Source: Isurus oxyrinchus
Taxonomy: Eukaryota
DNA length: 64,000 nt
Assembly: GCA_026770705.1 (NCBI GenBank)
Contig: JANJGN010000121.1
Span: 1,426,001-1,490,000, forward strand
Direction: 5' to 3'
Below are positions 12,874 through 24,431 of this stretch, piece after piece. The notes beneath the pieces were generated by a model. The model was not told the DNA's origin. It did not search any database and saw only the letters and a list, made by a program, of their open reading frames with translations. Every line of letters starts with the position of its first letter. Position 1 is the first letter of the stretch. The translations under genes were made by a program, and so were the position numbers.

Positions 12874-14321
12874 GTGAGTAATTTTTTTTTTTCGTTCTTG
12901 GGATGAAGGTCTCACTTGCTAGACCAACATTTATTGCCCATCCCAAATTACCCTGGAACAGAGTGGTTTGCTGGGCCATTTCAGAGTGTATTGAAGAGTC
13001 AACCACATTGCTGTGGGTCTGGAGCCACATGTAGGCCAGACCAGGTAAGCACAGCAGATTTCCCTCCCTAAAGGACATTAGTGAACCAGATGGGTTTTTA
13101 ACAACAATCGGAAATGTTTTGGTCATTGTTAGAATTTTAATTCCAGATTCTAATTGAATTGCTTGGCAAGTGGACATTTGACACTTTGGCAACAATTTGT
13201 CCACAATTATCTGCTTCCAAGGCAATCATCACACTCTACTCATGCAGTATCAATTGTTGTTCCTTTTGAGATTTGGTATTCTTGCAATTCTGATCTGATG
13301 AGTGAAAGATAAAAAGCTTTTACAGAATATCTCATTTCACACCATGCTCAAGTTTAGTACTGCCAAGTGACTATAAATATCTTCTTCTGTAAATCAGAAT
13401 CCTGAATACTCTCTCAAATGACTAACACATCATTCCTGGTACATGAATCATAGAAAGTTAGTATGCAGGTGCAGCAAGTGGTTAGGAAGGCAAATGGAAC
13501 GTAGGTGTTTATTGTAAGGGAGCTCGAGTGTAAAAGTAGGGACGCATGTTACAATTTTACAGGCTCTTGGTGAGACTGCATCAGGAGTACTGTGTACAGT
13601 CTTGGCTTCGGACATAGAAAAGATCCGGCTGAATATGCAGCTGTAGACTACCTGTAATTCTGTGTAACATTATCTGCAGGTGAGGAATACAGTGCAGTTT
13701 GTACTTGTGCTAGTGTTGGAGCTGTATCCAGTCCATGATTACATAAAGAGACTATTCAAATCTAGATTTTAAACCTCATGAGTTTGCCCATATTTAATTC
13801 ATTTGCTGATATGGGCAACATCCCTAATTACCGCTTGAGCCATTGTCTTGAACTGCTGCAGTCCATGTGCATTAGGTACAACCACAGCAATGTTAGGCAG
13901 TGAGTTCCAGGATTTTGACCCAGTGACAGTGTAAGAATGGCAATAGATTTCCAAGTCAGGATGGTGAATGACTTGGAGGGGAACTTACAGGTGGTGGTGT
14001 TTCCATGAGTCTTCTGTCCTTGTCCTTCTAGATGTTAGAGGTCACAGATTTGGAAAGTGCTGTTAAAGGAGCCTTGGTGAGCAGTTGCAGTGCATCTTGT
14101 AGATGGTACACACACTGCTGCCACTGTGCATCGACGGTGGAGAGAGTGAATGTTGAAGATGATGAGTGGTATGCCACTCAAGTGGGCTACTTTGTCCTGG
14201 ATGGTATCAAGCTTCTTGAGTGTTGTGGGAGCTGCACTCATCCAGGCAAGTGGAGAGTATTCTATTCACACCCCTGACTTCAGCTCAGTGTTTAATGTGT
14301 TGATAATTTTGTATTTGAAAG

Positions 14322-14579
14322 ATTCTCCTCACAACACGTCTGTCAGGATGACACTGGAAAAAGGAAAGATGATTTCTCTGAGTTGTTCCAGTGACGGGAA
14401 TCCAGCAGTCCACAATTTCACCTGGTTTAAGATCTCCCAAGGCAAGGTGACGAATCTCGCGCTCGCTGGTCAAACTATTGCAGTTTCTTATGGATTCGAT
14501 GAGGAAATCTCCTACTACTGTGAAGCAACAAGTATCCTGGGCAGTTCCCAGTCTCTGCCCATTAGAATTCCCACTGAAT
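14322..14579 (+). CDS. Siglec-like gene 1, C2-set Ig exon, repeat unit 9 (last)
   Basis: AG acceptor and GTGAGT donor, 258 bp open frame. The downstream intron no longer matches the repeat unit. Confidence 0.9.
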
Positions 14580-15169
14580 GTGAGTAATTTCAATCCTGAC
14601 TTTTAAACAATTCCACATCTTGTCCAAACTCCGAGGTGAACCAAATCTCCCCTTGGGTGTTGCTGAAAACATGCTGTCGAAGGTTTCAATCCTCGTCAGG
14701 ACAGAGTCACGAGAAAACCCAATCTCAAAGGGAACAGCCATTTCTGATGCGGGGGAAGAGGGCGTGCTGATTGGCTGGCAAGTCGACATTTCTCCACAGT
14801 TTGTTCACAATTCTCAGTGATGGTGACCGTGAAACTGCCAGATTGCTGTAAAAACCCATCTGGTGCACAAATCTCCTTTAGGGAGGGAATTCTGCCATCC
14901 TTACCCGGTCTGGCCTACATGTGACTCCTGACCCACAGCGATGTGGGTGAATCTTAACTGCCCCTCTGAATGGGCCGGGCATGCCACTCAGTTGTATTCG
15001 AGCGGGCGGCTCACCACCGCCTTCTCAAGGGGCAACTAGGGATGGGCAATAAACGCTGGCCCTGCCAGTGATGCCCACATTACTGAATGAATTCCAATAG
15101 AAGAGGAATCCTCCCATTCTAGAGATTGGCGATCCATACACTGGGCTGACATTCCCAGTCATTCAATAA

Positions 15170-15810
15170 TCAGCCTGTTCCCCCATTCAATCAGATCACG
15201 GCTGGTCTGTATATTAACCCCATCCACCCACCTCGGTTCCTTAAACCTTAAACACCCCCCGACCCAACAAAAATCTCTCAATCTCGGTTTTGAAATTTAC
15301 GATTGACCCCTCCCAGCCTCGACAGCTTTTTCTGGGGGAGAGAGTTCCAGATTTCCACCCCCGCTTTGTGTGAAGAAGTGCTTCCTGACATCACCCCCTG
15401 AACGGCCTGGCTCCAATTTTAAGGTTCTGCCCCCTTGTTCTGGACCCCCCCCCACCTCAACCCCACCACCAGGGGAAATAGTTTCTCTCTGTCAACCCCA
15501 TCGAATCCTTTAATCATCTTAAACCCCTCGATTAGATCACCCCTTAATCTTCGAGACTCGAGGGAACACAAGCCTGGTCTGTGCAACCTGTCCTCGGGAT
15601 TTAACCCTTTCAGCCCCGGGATCGTTCTGGTGACTCTGGGCTGCAGCCCCTCCAAGGACAATATATCCTCCCTGAGGGGCGGGACCCACAACTGAAGCCA
15701 TTAACTGCAGGTGGGCTCTGAGCAGAGATTTATAACCTGACGCATCACTCCGACCCTCTTTGTATCCCCGCTTCCTTGGGGTAAAGGCCCCTATTCCATC
15801 GGAATTCTCT
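15170..15810 (-). mobile_element. CR1-type LINE 3' fragment
   Basis: Minus-strand ORF ...LGLCSLESRRLRGDLIE.FK.IKGFD.VD.EKLFPL is typical CR1 ORF2 C-terminus. Confidence 0.75.
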
Positions 15811-15876
15811 ATTGCGACGGTGTGACTGACACGGGATATATTAACGGGAGGTTTTCCTCTGAACTGTATCTCACAG

Positions 15877-16182
15877 ATGGTGCGGTCATACTGCCAGAGT
15901 CCAGGTGTACACAGTATCTGACCAACCTCACCTGCCTCTGTCTGGTCCGTGCAAACTCCTCAGTCCACATCACGTGGGCTCTGCCGGGAAGGACGCTCAG
16001 ACAGACAGGATCGGACGGGATCTACAAGACGGTGTCGGCCAGGGTCGGTCCCTTGGTAACCAACACGCTGACCATCAGTGGGAGCAACATGGCCGTTCAG
16101 ACGGTGAACTGCTCTGTGGTGAATGATCGAGGGGACAGATACTTACAGAGGCGATTGGAAATCCAGGCTGTGGGGGAACAAG
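15877..16182 (+). CDS. Siglec-like gene 1, membrane-proximal Ig exon (MAG domain-5-like)
   Basis: tcacag acceptor, G|GTCAGT donor, 306 bp, phase 1-1. YGAVILPESRCTQYLTNLTCLCLVRAN resembles the MAG/Siglec membrane-proximal pattern 'P.lL.ES.C...V.CLCVV.sN'. Confidence 0.85.
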
Positions 16183-16364
16183 GTCAGTCCCTGCCCAAGG
16201 TCATTAAAGAGTAAATGACCATTGGATAGTGGACACACGGGGGATTCAGAAACCTGTCCCTATTCAGGACAAAACAAGGTCACGTTATTATAGTGCGGGA
16301 CCAAGACACATCCCGAAAGACATTCCCATCGTATCCACGTCAGACGTTGAAGGCTGTGGCAGAG

Positions 16365-17052
16365 TGTGGCGCTGTCGGAGGGTCAGTACTGAGGGAGTGC
16401 TGCACTGTCGGAGGGTCAGTACTGAGGGAGTGCTGCACTGTCGGAGGGTCAGTACTGAGGGAGTGCTGCACTGTCGGAGGGTCAGTACTGAGGGAGTGCT
16501 GCACAGTCGGAGGGTCAGTACTGAGGGAGTGCTGCACAGTCGGAGGGTCAGTACTGAGGGAGTGCTGCACTGTCGGAGGGTCAGTACTGAGGGAGTGCCG
16601 CACTGTCTGAGGGTCACTACTGAAGGAGTGCTGCACTGTCGGAGGGTCAGTACTGAGGGAGTGCTGTACTGTCGGAGGGTCAGTACTGAGGGAGTGCTGC
16701 ACTGTCTGAGGGTCTCTACTGAAGGAGTGCTGCACTGTCAGAGGGTCAGTACTGAGGGAGTGCTGCACTGTCAGAGGGTCAGTACTGAGGGTGTGCTGCA
16801 CTGTCAAAGGGTCAGTACTGAGGGAGTGCTGCACTGTCGGAGGGTCAGTAATGAGAGAGTGCTACACTGTCAGAGGGACAGTACTGAGGCAGTGCTGCAC
16901 TGTCAGAGGGTCAGTACTGAGGGTGTGCTGCACTGTCAGAGGGTCAGTACTGAGGGAATGCCGCACTGTCTGAGGGTCACTACTGAAGGAGTGCTGCACT
17001 GTCAGAGGGTCAGTACTGAGGGTGTGCTGCACTGTCAGAGAGTCAGTACTAA
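16365..17052 (+). repeat. 33-bp minisatellite (GAGGGTCAGTACTGAGGGAGTGCTGCACTGTCG)n
   Basis: About 20 tandem copies; source of the spurious CRRVSTEGVLH ORFs. Confidence 0.95.
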
Positions 17053-17054
17053 AG

Positions 17055-17495
17055 GAGGTTACAATTCTCAGGAAAGACTGAACAAGCTGGGATTCTTTTC
17101 TCTAGAAAAGAGAAGGCTGAACGGTGACTTGATTGAGGTCTTTAAAATGATGAAAGCGTTTCAATAGGGTAGACGTAGAGATGATGTTTCCACTTATGGA
17201 TGAGAACAGAACTAGGGGCCATCGATATAAGACCATCATTAATAAATCCAATGGGAAATTCAGGAGAAACTTCTTTACCCAGAGAGTGGGGAGAATGTGG
17301 GACTCGCTCCCACAGGGAGTGATCGAGGTGAATAGTGTTGATGTATTTAAGGGGGAAGCTGGATAAACACCTGAGTGAGAAAGGGGTAGAAGGACGTGGT
17401 GATGGGGTGAGATAGGGGGTGGGGGGAGGCTCGTGTGGAGTAGAAACACCACCACAGAGCAGATGGGCTGAACGGTCTTTTGCTGTGCTGGAAGT
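17055..17495 (+). mobile_element. CR1 LINE 3' end fragment
   Basis: ERLNKLGFFSLEKRRLNGDLIEVFK ... RTRGHRYK ... RRNFFTQRV..W.SLP. Confidence 0.8.
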
Positions 17496-17910
17496 GAACT
17501 CTATCCTGTGATAATTCTAGGTCTCCTGCATTTATTCAACGCGCTGAGAACCTGAGGACACCCCAAGGAGCGTTCCAGCCTTTGCTTGGAGTGTGGTCAC
17601 AGCCCTACTTCTGCACAGCAAGATCCCACAAATGTCAATGGCCAAATAATCAGTTGATAATTATTTTATGTTAACTGTTGTGCTTTCAGGGCTGAGAGAA
17701 CTCCCCCTGCACCCATCGTCTTTGCTCTTCTTGAGCGGACCAGGCTCATTATCTGTGATGCCTCCCACAGTAGGATAGCCAGCTGAGTAGGCTGCCACTT
17801 GACGATAATTGTGTGACGCTTGGTGATTTATGGGAAGTGATCTTTACAGGGTGCGCGTGAGAATTTAAGGGATTTCTCACCTGATCATTTCTCATTCTTC
17901 TCCTCCTTAG

Positions 17911-18031
17911 CTGGAACAACGTCTGGCCTGATGTGGAAAATTGGATTAGGTTCTGTGGGAGGGGCTGTCCTGCTCATCACTACGACAATCGCGATTTACC
18001 TCATTACAAAGACATTCAGGAGAACGGACAA
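17911..18031 (+). CDS. Siglec-like gene 1, transmembrane exon
   Basis: Strong pyrimidine tract plus ttag, donor AA|GTGAGT. In phase it encodes AGTTSGLMWKIGLGSVGGAVLLITTTIAIYLITKTFRRTD: a hydrophobic stretch followed by a basic stop-transfer. Confidence 0.85.
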
Positions 18032-18057
18032 GTGAGTGTGGGCACAACTGGGAAATC

Positions 18058-20650
18058 AACCCTCCCTTTCTCTGTAACCTACTCCAATCCTTACACACCT
18101 CCCTATTTCTGTAACCTCCTCCAGTCCCTACAACCCTCCCTATTTCTGTAACCTCCTCCAGCTGCGACAATCTTCCCTCTCTCTGTAACCACCTCCAGCC
18201 CCTACAACCCTCCCTATCTCTGTAACCTCCTCCAGTCCCTACAACCCTCCCTATCTCTGTAACCTCCTCCAGTCCCTACAACCCTCCCTATCTCTGTAAC
18301 CTCCTCCTGCCCCTACAACCCTCCTTATCTCTGTAACCTCCTCCAGCCTCTACAACCCTCCCTATCTCTGTAACCTCCTCCAGCACCTACAACCCTCCCT
18401 TTCTGTAACCTCCTCCAGTCCCTACAACCCTCCCTATTTCTGTAACCTCCTCCAGTCCCTACAACCCTCCCTATTTCTGTAACCTCCTCCAGTCCCTACA
18501 ACCCTCCCTATTTCTGTAACCTCCTCCAGTCCCTACAACCCTCCCTATCTCTGTAACCTCCTCCAGCTGCGACAATCTTCCCTCTCTCTGTAACCTCCTC
18601 CAGCCCCTACAACCCTCCCTATCTCTGTAACCTCCTACAGCCTCTACAACCCTCCCTATCTCTGTAACCTCCTCCAGCACCTACAACCCTCCCTTTCTGT
18701 AACCTCCTCCAGTCCCTACAACCCTCCCCATCTCAGTGACCCACATCAGACCCTACAACCCTCCCTATCTCTGTAACCTCCTCCAGCCCCTACAACCCTC
18801 CCTATCTCTGTAACCTCCTCCAGCCCCTACAACCCTCCCTATCTCTGTAACCTCCTCCAGCCCCGACAACCCTCCCTTTCTGTAACCTCCTCCAGCCCCT
18901 ACAACCCTCCCTATCGCTGTAACCTCCTCCAGCCCCGACAACCCTATCTCTGTAACCTCCTCCAGCCCCTACAACCCTCCCTATCTCTGTAACCTCCTCC
19001 AGCCCCTACAACCCTCCTTATCTCTGTACCCTCCTCCAGCACCTACAACCCTCCCTTTCTGTAACCTCCTCCAGTCCCTACAACCCTCCCCATCTCAGTG
19101 ACCCACATCAGACCCTACAACCCTCCCTATCTCTGTAACCTCCTCCAGCCCCTACAACCCTCCCTATCTCTGTAACCTCCTCCAGCCCCTACAACCCTCC
19201 CTATCTCTGCAACCTCCTCCAGCCCCGACAACCCTCCCTATCTCTGTAACCTCCTCCAGCCCCTACAACCCTCCCTATCTCTGTAACCTCCTCCAGCCCC
19301 TACAACCCTCCCTATCTCTGTAACCTCCTCCAGCCCCTACAATCCTCCCTTTCTGTAACCTCCTCCAGCTCCTACAACCCTCCCTATCTCTGTAAACTCC
19401 TCCAGCCCCTACAACCCTCCCTATCTCTGTAACCTCCTCCAGCCCCGACAACTCTCCCTATCTCTGTAACCTCCTCCAGCCCCTACAACCCTCCCTATCT
19501 CTGTAACCTCCTCCAGTCCCTACAACCCTCCCCATCTCAGTGACCCACATCAGACCCTACAACCCTCCCTATCTCTGTAACCTCCTCCAGCCCCGACAAC
19601 CCTCCCTTTCTGCAACCTCCTCCAGCCCCTACAACCCTCCCTATCTCTGTAACCTCCTCCAGCCCCGACAACCCTCCCTATCTCTGTAACCTCCTCCAGT
19701 CCCTACAACCCTCCCCATCTCAGTGACCCACATCAGACCCTACAATCCTCCCTATCTCTGTAACCTCCTCCAGCCCCTACAACCCTCCCTATCTCTGTAA
19801 CCTCCTCCAGCCCCAACAACACTCCCTATCTCTGTAACCTCCTCCAGCCCCTACAACCCTCCCAATCTCTGTAACCTCCTCCAGCCCCAACAACCCTCCC
19901 TATCTCTGGAACCTCCTCCAGCCCCGACAACCCTCCCTATCTCTGTAACCTCCTCCAGCCCCTACAACCCTCCCAATCTCTGTAACCTCCTCCAGCCCCA
20001 ACAACCCTCCCTATCTCTGGAACCTCCTCCAGCCCCGACAACCCTCCCTATCTCTGTAACCTCCTCCAGCCCCGACAACCCTCCCTATCTATATAGCCTC
20101 CTGCATCCTGCCAGAATCAGGAAAAGAACCGGAGGGGGAGATGAGGGGAATTTTTTTTTGACACAGCGAATTGTTGTGATCTGGAAGGCGTTGCCTGAAA
20201 GGGCGGTGGAAGCAGATTCAATAGCAACTTTCACAAGGGGGAATTGTATAAATACTCAAAGGGGAAAATTTTGCAGGTCTATGAGGGAAAGAGTGGGGTC
20301 ACGGACATTCGGGACTAATTGGACAGATCTTTCAAAGAGCCAGCACAGGCACGATGGGCTGAATGGTTTGTTTTGTCTCCTTATTCCTCCTCCCTATCTC
20401 TGTAACCCCTCCAGCCCCTACAACCCTCCCTATCTCTGTAACCCCTTCCAGCACCTACAACTCTCCCTATCTCTGTAACCTCCTCCAGCCCCTACAACCC
20501 TCCCTATCTCTGTAACCTCCTCCAGCCCCTACAACCCTCCCTATCTCTGTAACCTCCTCCAATCCCTACAACCCTCCCTATCTCTGTAACCTCCTCCAGC
20601 CCCTACAACCCTCCCTATCTCTGTAACCTCCTCCATCCCCTACAACCCTC
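18058..20650 (+). repeat. 37-bp minisatellite (CTCTGTAACCTCCTCCAGCCCCTACAACCCTCCCTAT)n
   Basis: Tens of tandem copies, interrupted at about 20100-20390 by a CR1 tail copy and running into an L2-like 3' tail at about 20650-20900. Confidence 0.95.
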
Positions 20651-21784
20651 GAGATCTCAGCGCTCCTCCAATTCAGGCATCTCGATCATACCGATACCCA
20701 TCGCTCCACCATTGGCGGATGTGCAAACAGCTGCCTGGGGCCCTAAGCTCGACAATTCCCTCTCTAAACCTCTACACCTCTCTCTCTCCTCCTTAAAAAT
20801 ATATCATTGATCGAGTTTTTTGCTACTCGTGCTTTCACAACTTAATGTCAAATTTTGTGCAATAATTGCTTCTCGGATGTTTTATCTCATTAACAGTGCT
20901 ATAGATAAACATAAGTTGGTGTTGTGGTTGAAGTCCTATTAATCTGGGGGGTTATATCCAATTCTGGGCGTGTTGCACTTTGGGAAGGATGTCAGGGCCT
21001 TGGAGAGGGTGCGGAAGAGATTTACCAGGATGTTTCCAGGAATGAGGGACTTCAGATCATGTGGAGAGACTGGGAGAAGCTGGGATTGTTCTCCTTCGAG
21101 CAGAGAAGGTTAAGGGGGAGATTGAATTGAAGCGTTCAAAATCATAAGGGGTTTGGATAGAGTAAATAAGGAGAAACTGTTTCCAGTGGCAGGATGGTCG
21201 GTAAACAGAAGGACATAGATTGATGAGAATTGGTAAAAGAACCAGATGGGGAGATAAGAATTTTTTTTTTACACAGCAAGTTGTTGTGATCTGGAAGGCG
21301 CTGCCTGAAAGGGCGGTGGAAGCAGATTCAGTAGCAACTTTCACAAGGGGGAATTGGATAAATACTCAAAGGAGGAAAATTTTGCAGGTCTATGAGGGAA
21401 AGAGTGGGGTCACGGACATTCGGGACTAATTGGACAGATCTTTCAAAGAGCCAGCACAGGCACGATGGGCTGAATGGTTTGTTTTGTCTCCTTATTCCTC
21501 CTCCTGAAATATATCACCTCTGAATTCTCTGAATTAAATGTCATCTCTCTGTCCAAACTCCCAATTAGTCCCTGTCCTCCTGAAGTCACTGACCCATCCT
21601 TTTCCCAGTTTGTCATGTTCCTGAACTCAACACCAATCCGGAGTCGGGAAAATTTCAGACAGTGAACCAACCACAAGAATTAAAATTCAGTCACAATATT
21701 ATAATCTGGTTGCAACCTCCAGCATTACAATGGGAATCTTATCATTTCCCTGGCTTGTAATTTTATCTTAACCTACGTCCTCAG

Positions 21785-21917
21785 ACCAGGAGGAATTGGA
21801 ATAAAACAGACAGGAAAGGCGATCCCAGAGGAGCAGCCTGAAATGATGTCCGTGAGACAGAAACCAAACAGAATGAAATGTGTTGAAATATTCTCTCCCC
21901 TTCCCAAAATGGGCCAG
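21785..21917 (+). CDS. Siglec-like gene 1, cytoplasmic exon 1
   Basis: cctcag acceptor, CAG|GTAATA donor, 133 bp, phase 2-0. It links the TM and final exons in frame: KPGGIGIKQTGKAIPEEQPEMMSVRQKPNRMKCVEIFSPLPKMGQ. Confidence 0.7.
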
Positions 21918-22169
21918 GTAATAACTTTCCCCATGACTGATGCATGTGGTGCAATTACTCCTTCACCTCATAGATGGAGTACCAGATGCTAAGGTTAAGG
22001 ACAGACATCCATTTATACGGCACATTCCCCTTCTCTCTCGATAAGGCTTCAGTTATTACATGTTAAACAGGAGCCATGGAGCACAGTGCGCTGAGGAGTG
22101 ACAATAGTTAACAGGGCTCCCATTAACATAACTCACCTTCACCCTATTAGGCTGACAAGTCCCTAGGTT

Positions 22170-23580
22170 CTCATGAGCTGCATCTTCACACCTTAAATGT
22201 GGCTGCAGAGAAAGTAGATGTGTTGCTTGTAATTTTCCAAAACTCCCTAGATTCTGGAAAAGTCCCAGCAGATTGAAAAAAATCTCAAATGTAACATTTC
22301 TATTCAAGAAAGGAGGGAGACAGAAACAGGAAAGTACAGGCCACTTAGTCCAACACCTGTGATAGGGAAAATACTAGAATCTATTAATAAGGAGGTTAGA
22401 GAGAACATTTAGCAAATCTAAATGCAATCAGGCAGAGTCACCATGGTTTTGCATTCTTTAACAAAGTATCAAGCAACTGTGGATAAAGGAGATGTGGTAT
22501 ACTTGGATTTACATAAGGCATTCAACACGGTGTCACTTCAAAGGTTACAAGTCAAAATATGAGCTCCTGGTGTCAGGGGTAACATATTAGCGTGCAGAGA
22601 GGATTGGTTCAGGAACAGGAGCATAGAATAGGGATAAGCAGGTTATTTTCGGGTTAGCAGGGTTTAATGAGTGCAATGCAATAGGGATCAGTGCTGGAGC
22701 CTCAACTATTTACAACTTACGTCAATGACTTAGATGAAGGGACCGAATGTATTGTTGCTAACGTTGCTGATGACACAAAGAAAGGCAGGAGAGTGAGTTG
22801 TGAAGAGGACATAAGGAGTCTGCAAAGGGATATAGATAGGCTAAGTGAATGGGTACAAAATTGGCAGATGGAGCATAAGGTGGGAAAATATGAACTTGTC
22901 CACTTGGGCAGGAGAAGAGAAAAGCAGCAAATGATCTAAATGGAGAGAGATTGCAGAACTTTAAGATACTGAGGGATCTGGGTGTCCTGGTACATGAATC
23001 ACAATAAGTTAGTAAGCAGATGCAGCAAGTGATTAGGAAGGCAAATGGAATGTTGCCATTTATTGCGAGGGGACTGGAATATAAAAGTAGGGATGTTTTT
23101 TCTACAGTTGCACAGGGCATTGGTGAGACCACATCTGGAGAACTGTGCACAGTTTTGGTCCCATTTTAGAAAGGACATTATTGCATTAGTCGCAGTTCAG
23201 AGAAGGTTCGCTCGACTGGTTCCTGGAACGTGGGGGTTATCTTACGAGGAAAGGTTGGACAGGCTGGGCCTGAAGCCATTGGAGGCAACACAGTTTCAAA
23301 ATAAGGAGCCTTCCATTTAAAATGGTGATGAGGAGGGATTATTTCCCCTCAGGGATTCTTCAGTATTTGGAATTCTCCTACCCTGGCAGCAGTGGATGCT
23401 GGATCATTGAACGTGTTTAAGGCTGAGTTAGTTGGATTCCTGACTGACAAGACAGCCAAGGGTATAGGAGGTAAACGGGAAAGTAGTGTTAAGGCCACAG
23501 TCAGATTAACCATGATCATATAAAATGGTGGAACAGGCTCGAGGGGCCAAAAGGTCTGTGTCTGTCCCTAATTCATATGT
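22170..23580 (+). mobile_element. Degenerate CR1 LINE ORF2 (RT region to 3' end)
   Basis: QGSVLEPQLFT.YVNDLDEG.EC..A..ADDTK, LVRPHLE.CAQFWS and YEERL..LGL motifs, with stops and frameshifts. Confidence 0.85.
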
Positions 23581-23769
23581 GCGTGTGTCCCAGAGCATTT
23601 CACAGCCAATGAAGTAATTTTGAAGAGTAGTCATATGTTGTAACGTAGGATACGAGGCAGCCAATTCTTACACAGCAAGATCCAACAAACAGCAATGTGA
23701 TAATGACCCAGGTCACCTGTGTGGATCTGCTGATCGAGGAAAACTCAACCGCACATCTTTAGAAGTAAA

Positions 23770-24335
23770 AGTATCAATAATCAAACCCCATTCAGTATCA
23801 ACAATAAAACCCCGTTCAGCATCAATAATCAAACCCCGTTCAGCATCAATAATCAAACCCCGTTCAGTAGCAATAATCAAACCTTCGTACAGTATCAATA
23901 ATCAAACCTTCGTACAGTATCAATAATCAAACCCCGTTCACGATCAATAATCAAACCGTTTCAGTATCAATAATCAAACCCCGTTCAGTATCAATAATCA
24001 AACCCCGTTCAGAATCAATAATCAAACCCCGTTCAGAATTAATAATCAAACCCCTTTCACTATCAATAATCAATCACCGTCCAGTGTCAATAATCAACCC
24101 CGTTCAGAATCAATAATTAAATCCCGTTCAGTATCAATAATCAAATCCCGTTCAGTATCAATAATCAAACCCTGTTCAGTATCAATAATCAAATCCCGTT
24201 CAGTATCAATAATCAAACCCCGTTCAGTATCAATAATCAAATCCCGTTCAGTATCAATAATCAAACCCCGTTCAGTATCAATAATCAAATCCCGTTCAGT
24301 ATCAATAATCAAACACTGTTCAGTGTCAATAATTA
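23770..24335 (+). repeat. 24-bp minisatellite (TCAGTATCAATAATCAAACCCCGT)n
   Basis: About 23 tandem copies just upstream of the terminal exon acceptor. Confidence 0.9.
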
Positions 24336-24431
24336 ATGTATGTATTGTGGGTGGAATTTTCGATTTGGATCAATAATTCTAAACACTGATCACTCTGATT
24401 GTCACTCTGATCATTTCTGTTTCTATTACAG

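Larger units (their letters stand above)
1..14590 (+). repeat. Tandem array of ~1.7-kb exon-containing units (at least 9 copies, starting before the window)
   Basis: Exon starts are spaced 1698, 1699, 1702, 1702, 1814, 1710, 1718 and 1706 bp apart. Each unit reads: antisense LINE 3' fragment, Ig exon, antisense SINE, CCAAT/TATA/hammerhead cassette, CR1 fragment, spacer. Confidence 0.95.

Noticed and set aside
1-14590. Array as a haplotype or assembly duplication artefact
   Set aside because: The units differ by many substitutions and indels, with diagnostic states shared between non-adjacent units. This fits real paralogous copies, though the exact copy number still needs long-read confirmation.
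16229-17167. 312-aa ORF and similar long ORFs at 35231-36612, 41238-41870, 54620-55293 and 61662-62339
   Set aside because: These are translations of 33-, 44- and 69-bp minisatellites, open in several frames and both strands, with no splice or domain support.
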